From contig CAWABQ010000018.1 of NCBI GenBank assembly GCA_963780265.1, positions 2,558-66,557 of the forward strand: 64,000 nucleotides of DNA, read 5' to 3'. The notes under the pieces are model-generated. The model saw only the letters and a program-made list of their open reading frames with translations. It was not told where the DNA came from and made no database searches. The stretch is from Candidatus Bathyarchaeota archaeon (GTDB taxonomy: Archaea; Thermoproteota; Bathyarchaeia; 40CM-2-53-6). This document shows positions 58,980-64,000 of this stretch, one piece after another; positions within the stretch are counted from its first letter, which is position 1, and each line of letters opens with the position of its first letter. The position numbers and the translations under genes are program-made.

Positions 58980-60512
58980 ATGATCGACCATGTTTTTGTC
59001 GTAATGTTAGAGAACAGAAGCTTTGACCATATGCTTGGGTTTTCGCAAATTCAAGGCACCGATCCATCCGGAAAACTTACGAAGATCGAAGGGCTCACCG
59101 GAAAAGAAAGCAACATTTCACTTAGTGGCGACCTCGTCAATGTCTCGTCGCCAGCAGATTTCGTACTGAACTACGGTCCAGGTCATGAATTTAATGACGT
59201 GAAAGAGCAACTCTGCGGAAAAGGCCACACGTATTCTTCGCCTGCTCCGTCGCCAGGCCAAATTGATCCTAACATAAACAATAGTGGTTATGTTTCTAAC
59301 TACAGCGTATACGATCGCAAGAATCCCGGAAATATTATGAAATGTTACCTGCCAGAACAGTTGCCAATCCTGACAACGTTAGCCAAGGAATTTGCAGTGT
59401 GCGACCGCTGGTTTTCATCAATGCCCGGACCTACGTGGCCTAATCGCTTCTTCATACACGCTGCCTCCTCTGGAGGTTTGGACGACAGCCCCTCCTTCTC
59501 CCGCGAGTTCAAGTCCATACTCTATGACGGCTTCAAGTTCGACAACGGCACAATCTATGACCGGCTAGACTCTGAGGACCATGATTGGATGATTTATTGC
59601 GATGATGAATTTCCTCAAGTGCTCTCAATCGCTGGGATGCGTTCCCATTTCACTAAACACTTTACACCATTCAATCTATTCAAACAGGACGTGAGTAATC
59701 CTCTTTTCTCAAAATCTTACGTATTCATAGAGCCGGATTATCATGCCTTCACGGGTAATTTCCGAGGTGGCAATTCTCAGCATCCAATGGACGACATAAC
59801 TCGGGGGGAGAAGATGCTTAAGGAAATTTACGAAACCATACGTCAGTCTCCCCACTGGGAAAGCAGTCTACTCATCATAACCTACGACGAGCACGGCGGA
59901 TTCTATGATCACGTTGTGCCACCCGCCACTGTACATCCAGGAGATTCTATCACCGACCCGAGTAACAATCATAACAACTTTGACTTTCAACAACTCGGTG
60001 TTAGGGTGCCGACAATAATTGTCTCACCGCTAATCCCTAAGGGCACGATTGATCACACCGTTTACGACCACACTTCTGTTCTCGCTACGGTTGAGAAACT
60101 GTTCAAGCTCAGCAGCCTAACTAAACGGGACGAGAAAGCAGAAACGCTGAACCATCTACTCACGCTTAGCGCTCCTCGAACCGATACACCTGCGGTATTG
60201 CCTAATCCGGCTGACTCAGGCTTTAGCTATAAGGACGAAGACGAGAAACCAAAGAACGCTATGGTGTCGTTTCTGAGCGGCATAATGTCCGGCCGCATTT
60301 CGCTCCTGCGCCGTGAACCGGTTGATCCATCATTGCGAGGCTTCCACCATGTCGCTCTCTTAAGAGATCTTGGAGATTCACCTTCAACTGGAAAGGAGCA
60401 ACACTTTGAAAGATTCTTGAGGCATAAGAAAGTTGATGCAGTAAGATACATGCAGCAGGTCAGACAGAAGGTGACTGCCAAAGGTCACGAAATATCAGCC
60501 AAGGAATCATAA
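58980..60512 (+). CDS. Phosphoesterase-family protein (non-haemolytic phospholipase C / acid phosphatase type)
   Basis: IDHVFVVMLENRSFDHMLG, PTWPNRFF, ITYDEHGGFYDHV and YDHTSVL motifs. Confidence 0.8.
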   Translation: MIDHVFVVMLENRSFDHMLGFSQIQGTDPSGKLTKIEGLTGKESNISLSGDLVNVSSPADFVLNYGPGHEFNDVKEQLCGKGHTYSSPAPSPGQIDPNINNSGYVSNYSVYDRKNPGNIMKCYLPEQLPILTTLAKEFAVCDRWFSSMPGPTWPNRFFIHAASSGGLDDSPSFSREFKSILYDGFKFDNGTIYDRLDSEDHDWMIYCDDEFPQVLSIAGMRSHFTKHFTPFNLFKQDVSNPLFSKSYVFIEPDYHAFTGNFRGGNSQHPMDDITRGEKMLKEIYETIRQSPHWESSLLIITYDEHGGFYDHVVPPATVHPGDSITDPSNNHNNFDFQQLGVRVPTIIVSPLIPKGTIDHTVYDHTSVLATVEKLFKLSSLTKRDEKAETLNHLLTLSAPRTDTPAVLPNPADSGFSYKDEDEKPKNAMVSFLSGIMSGRISLLRREPVDPSLRGFHHVALLRDLGDSPSTGKEQHFERFLRHKKVDAVRYMQQVRQKVTAKGHEISAKES

Positions 60513-60590
60513 GAGCCTGAAGTGCCGGATGCTGAATCTTTTAAGTTCAGAGCGATGTTGGTCTGTTGAAATCACATCAACCCTGCGAAT

Positions 60591-60689
60591 GATTGCGTGC
60601 TATCTTACTCGGGAAGCAGAAACGGCACAAAATGGGGCGCTTCATAAGTAGCCCCACCGTGAATTTCAATTGTCCCACCGGCTCCACGA
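60591..60689 (+). repeat. Repeat R-B, ending in a degenerate tRNA-end copy (TCCCACCGGCTCCACGA at 60673-60689)
   Basis: Roughly three-quarters identical by eye to R-A over about 100 nt (shared GGAAGCAGAAACG, AAATGGGGCG and TCCCACCGG blocks). Confidence 0.65.
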
Positions 60690-61033
60690 TTTGGCATGCT
60701 TTGCGCTTGCCACTAATTGGATAGATAGAGGACGTGACGTGAATGCATGATTCCGGCAACGTGTTATTGGCTCTCTCGAAAAACCTGCGGTCTTCGAAGT
60801 TCCATCTTTCTAAGAAAGACACTCAAGCTGAATGGGCTTAGAGGCCGAAGAGCTTTTCATGTGAATCGTCTCCTCCGCTTGGGCATAGCAAGTATTGGGT
60901 CACTTTTTATAGTGGTCTTGCCTGTTGCGAAGGTAGTATACTGGAGATCTTACCTGCGTGGATGATGGGAGGGCCTTAGGCCTGTGCCGATTGTCGCGGC
61001 GAGTATTATCTTTCGTATAACTATAGAACAGGG

Positions 61034-61201
61034 ATGGTGGAAAACGAAATGGGTTATGAGAATAGACGTTCTGGTGCCCCGAGGCAAATGACGAAAGTCA
61101 AATGCTCCGACTGCGGTGCAGACACGGAAGTACCGTTTGTGCCGACGACGGGCAGACCAGTCTACTGTAGAGACTGCTTCCAGAAGCACAGAAGGTATTA
61201 G
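61034..61201 (+). CDS. CxxC-x17-CxxC zinc-binding small protein
   Basis: Manually read 55 aa: ...KCSDCGADTEVPFVPTTGRPVYCRDCFQKHRRY. Confidence 0.55.
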   Translation: MVENEMGYENRRSGAPRQMTKVKCSDCGADTEVPFVPTTGRPVYCRDCFQKHRRY

Positions 61202-61516
61202 GCAAACAGCCTAGAACCGATACTGACCAGAATTTCTTCATTTTATTTTTCTTCAAATATACTTCCTGTAGGGTCCCATGTTATAGATGTGTCACGGTTA
61301 GGTTTACCAAGCATCTGTATCGGAAGCGGCCGATTCACATGTTGGATAGACGCGGGTTTCTCTCTAACTGAACTAATCCTTCTAGAGCATGGACACTGCA
61401 AACAAATCACCCTGACGAGAAAGGAATTAGCAACGAGCGCAGATACTTCATAGCAAGGGCATTCTCAAGATGTAGCCCCGTAGGCTCAATGGTGCTGCGC
61501 ACAAAAGCCAGATGCT

Positions 61517-62635
61517 TCAAACGGTCCCCCAAGTGTGCTCGCAGTTGCAATAACTTTTGCCAAAGTCATCTTTCCCTACCTTGCGAGTGCCGCTTTTGAA
61601 TTCGAAATTCGTGACCCTTGCAGGGTACTCGTTGTAGAATATTCCGTGCCAAATTGGTCCTATGAGGGGTTGCGATATGTCCCAGCAGCACCTTGCGTAG
61701 GTTGCCATCTCTATGTTGAGCTCGCATTCATCGGACCATGCGTTCACACTGAATATCGGTAGGTCATTCTCGTAACGTTTAGTTATTCTAACATCTTTCA
61801 TGGAATATTCCTTCCCCTCCGTAGGGTCGTAGAAGTTGAAAGTCTTTGACACCATCTTCTCCCCCCAGTCCATCAGGCTCTTGTGCGAAATCGAGCGTCT
61901 GAGCATTGGCATTCCGAGATGCGGCAGGAAGTACTGCAGGTAAGCGCCATTATCCCACTGTACTGTACCCCAGTACCAGCAAGGTGTTATCGAGGATATC
62001 CGAACTTTCTGGAAATAGGATCTGCCCTTTACGGGAGTCTCGGCATCGCCTACTCGGATCTTTCCCGAAGACGTGAGTGCCCTGTATTTCAGCATGGAAT
62101 ACCCCATGTTTCTGAAGAAATTCTTTCCTGTCGGTATCAGTTCTGCCATCGGATCTTTCCATCGCTGCATCGACAGTTCGATTCCGACCTCCTCGCTGTC
62201 TATATCCATCCAGAAATCCGCAGGGCTCCCACCAAAGGAATAGACACCGTCATCGCTTTCCATTCTCATTCGTGCAGAGTTTTCATCCCACCCAGTTTCC
62301 GTCTTGCCGTGGTCGAGGATGAAGGGGTCATGCATCTTGTTTCCGTCATAATACCAAGAGGCGACGATTGATTCGAAAGCGGCACGATTTTCCTAGATCT
62401 CGATTGGGATTTTTGGCTCCCAGTAAGAATCGTTCACGCGAACCTTTCTGCAGTTCCTGGTGCCCCAAAGAACCATGAGCTGCCTGGGGAATTCTGGGTT
62501 GTCTGGGTTTTCGAAAAAATGTATCCACCACCACCAGTGCCAAGTGCGGTTCTTGAGCATGTTTTCAGGGTAAATCTTCCATATATCGCTGAAGACTTTA
62601 TGCATCCGTCCTCGCAAATCAGATGACGATTGCAT
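61517..62635 (-). pseudogene. AttH/CrtC-like (lipocalin-fold hydratase family, tentative) gene with an in-frame TAG at 62393-62395
   Basis: ORFs 62393-62635 and 61517-62335 are in the same frame and read through as ..EPKIPIEI*ENRAAFESIVASWYYDGNKMHDPF.. A WHWWWWIHFF motif is present. Confidence 0.5.
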
Positions 62636-62687
62636 TAGGCATTTTCCTCTCGCACTTCCTCTTGCGCACTTTGTGAATGATATTTCA

Positions 62688-63050
62688 CTATTTTTCCAAT
62701 CTGTATAGCACGTAAGTAGCTGCAGTCATCCCTAAGAAAAAGTACAAAACTGCAATTTCTATTGGCAAGGTTCCACCTATCATATAAAACGGCGAACTAT
62801 AGTAACCCCACAATCGATTTCCAGTTCCATAAAGCTCCCACACCGTATCTGCGACAAAACCAATAGCACCAAGTTCTAAGATTACAGGATTTCTGAATTT
62901 AACAAGTCCAGCTATTCCGATAACACCAAACAAGACCATTAGAACGGTACTCGTCCAGACATTCTTGCCCAATTGACTTGCAAGAAAAGTAGAAGGTATG
63001 ATGACCAAGATTATGATCGAAACCATTGGAACGCTATTTTGGAGTTTCAT
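62688..63050 (-). CDS. Lycopene-cyclase-domain-like small membrane protein (tentative)
   Basis: The internal Met gives 120 aa with 3-4 TM segments. GNRLWGYYSSPFYMIGGTLPIEIAVLYFFLG resembles the W-x-Y...P-x-E-E...FF cyclase-domain motif. Confidence 0.4.
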   Translation of the reverse strand: MKLQNSVPMVSIIILVIIPSTFLASQLGKNVWTSTVLMVLFGVIGIAGLVKFRNPVILELGAIGFVADTVWELYGTGNRLWGYYSSPFYMIGGTLPIEIAVLYFFLGMTAATYVLYRLEK

Positions 63051-63191
63051 AATCTGCCCTGTAATGAGTCGCTGATTTAAGTTGCACCGGCTACTGTGCA
63101 CGAAAGTTGTTAGATCAATTTTCACGATAACGATTGGCAACGGGACATATGGTCCAGAGTGTCTGGTACCAATAGACCCAACACACGCCAA

Positions 63192-63210
63192 GAATTCATG
63201 GGTTCAAATC
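63192..63210 (+). repeat. Possible outermost tRNA-derived remnant
   Basis: GAATTCATGGGTTCAAATC equals the R-A flanks (GAATTC ... CATGGGTTCAA) with the internal 29 nt absent. It also matches the tRNA T arm TGGGTTCAAATC. Confidence 0.35.
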
Positions 63211-63474
63211 TTGACTCTGCTACTCGGAAGATAGGTCTCGCTCGCAACTTGCCCGCCGGCTTGATCGTATGAGACCTTCGAACCGATCAAGATCAGGCTG
63301 GCAATCGACGTCAACATGCCGTTCGTTAGATGTGCTTCTTTCAAAGGATTTCGCCAAGATAGGCGCATCCTAAACTAGATGAGTCCGAATATTAATATTC
63401 TCGGCTTCAACGCCTGGAAATTATTAAGTAAAACATAAATGTTAATAACTTGCTTTTTCACATACCATGGGCCA

Positions 63475-64000
63475 TGGAGAGTAAGAAAAATCGCGGACCA
63501 TGGGTGCTTGCAATCGCACTGTTTCTTGTTGGCCTTACTATCGGCGGTGCCTTGGTCGGCTCTAGCAGGGGAATGAATTCACCTACTAGCAGCACAGTCA
63601 CCACCACTGCCCCAATTAGTAATGGGCCTGTCCTGAAAGTCCTGGCGACGTTCTTTCCACTACAGAACTGGGCCGCAGCCGTAGGAGGAAACAAAGCGAA
63701 AGTATCACTCCTAGTGCCTGTGAGCATCGACGTACATGAATTCGAACCCAGTCCCGCTGCAATTCAAGCCATAGCGGAAGCCAACATTCTGGTTCTAAAC
63801 GGGGCGGGTCTCGAAACATGGGCCTCTGCAGCCATAGCCGCAGCTAACAATCCCCATCTCATCGTTGTCGACTGCAGCGTAGGCATCAGCCTGATCAAGC
63901 TTCCTCCACAGTTTCAGCTCGGTAATAGAACAATCGACCCGCACATATGGAACGACCCTGTTGACGCCATGGCCATGGTGAAGAACATCCTAGCGGGATT
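63475..64000 (+). CDS. Metal (Zn/Mn) ABC transporter substrate-binding protein, 5-prime partial
   Basis: Read manually; it runs off the window. Signal anchor present, then LKVLATFFPLQNWAAAVGG...VHEFEPSPAAIQAIAEANILVLNGAGLE...IDPHIW. Confidence 0.75.

Noticed and set aside
58944-58990. ATGATGA box upstream of the phosphoesterase gene as a C/D-box sRNA
   Set aside because: No downstream CTGA D box lies at the right spacing and there are no terminal stem complements.
63458-63819. Two minus-strand ORFs near the window end
   Set aside because: They are antisense to the ZnuA-like substrate-binding protein gene, which runs off the window and is therefore missing from the ORF track.

Overview
The window is archaeal chromosome. 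Evidence: a TATA-binding protein, an archaeal class I CCA-adding enzyme, a geranylgeranyl reductase, an S26B signal peptidase, and a tRNA gene that only folds if several introns are removed. GC is about 50 percent. I guess a TACK or Nitrososphaeria-like lineage, with low confidence. There are four blocks. (1) 1-12487 is the tail-morphogenesis half of a head-tail (Caudoviricetes-like) provirus. It runs HK97 gp10-like protein, major tail protein, chaperone with a canonical CCCAAAA -1 slippery site, tape measure, and a 903-aa tail tip protein. A 2.8-kb opposite-strand block (M23 peptidase plus a NUMOD3/Vsr-like homing endonuclease) interrupts it. (2) 12.7-40.8 kb is host DNA. It holds tbp, small regulators, a radical-SAM/geranylgeranyl reductase lipid gene pair, a cluster of large paralogous surface proteins, and a tRNA-maturation neighbourhood (Trm-G10, RNase Z, ThpR, CCA enzyme). 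(3) 40814-40994 is the multi-intron tRNA gene. An intact tyrosine integrase and about 22 kb of stacked integrated-element remnants follow it. These are separated by decaying copies of the tRNA 3-prime end at 48.9, 50.2, 50.3 and 60.7 kb, and possibly 63.2 kb. (4) Host DNA resumes with a ZnuA-like gene at 63475. The window carries about 20 gene-disrupting lesions (frameshifts and in-frame stops), including in RNase Z and the CCA-adding enzyme. From sequence alone I cannot tell real decay from assembly error. No CRISPR array, rRNA or recognisable defence operon was seen. All function calls come from motif recognition by eye, not from database searches.
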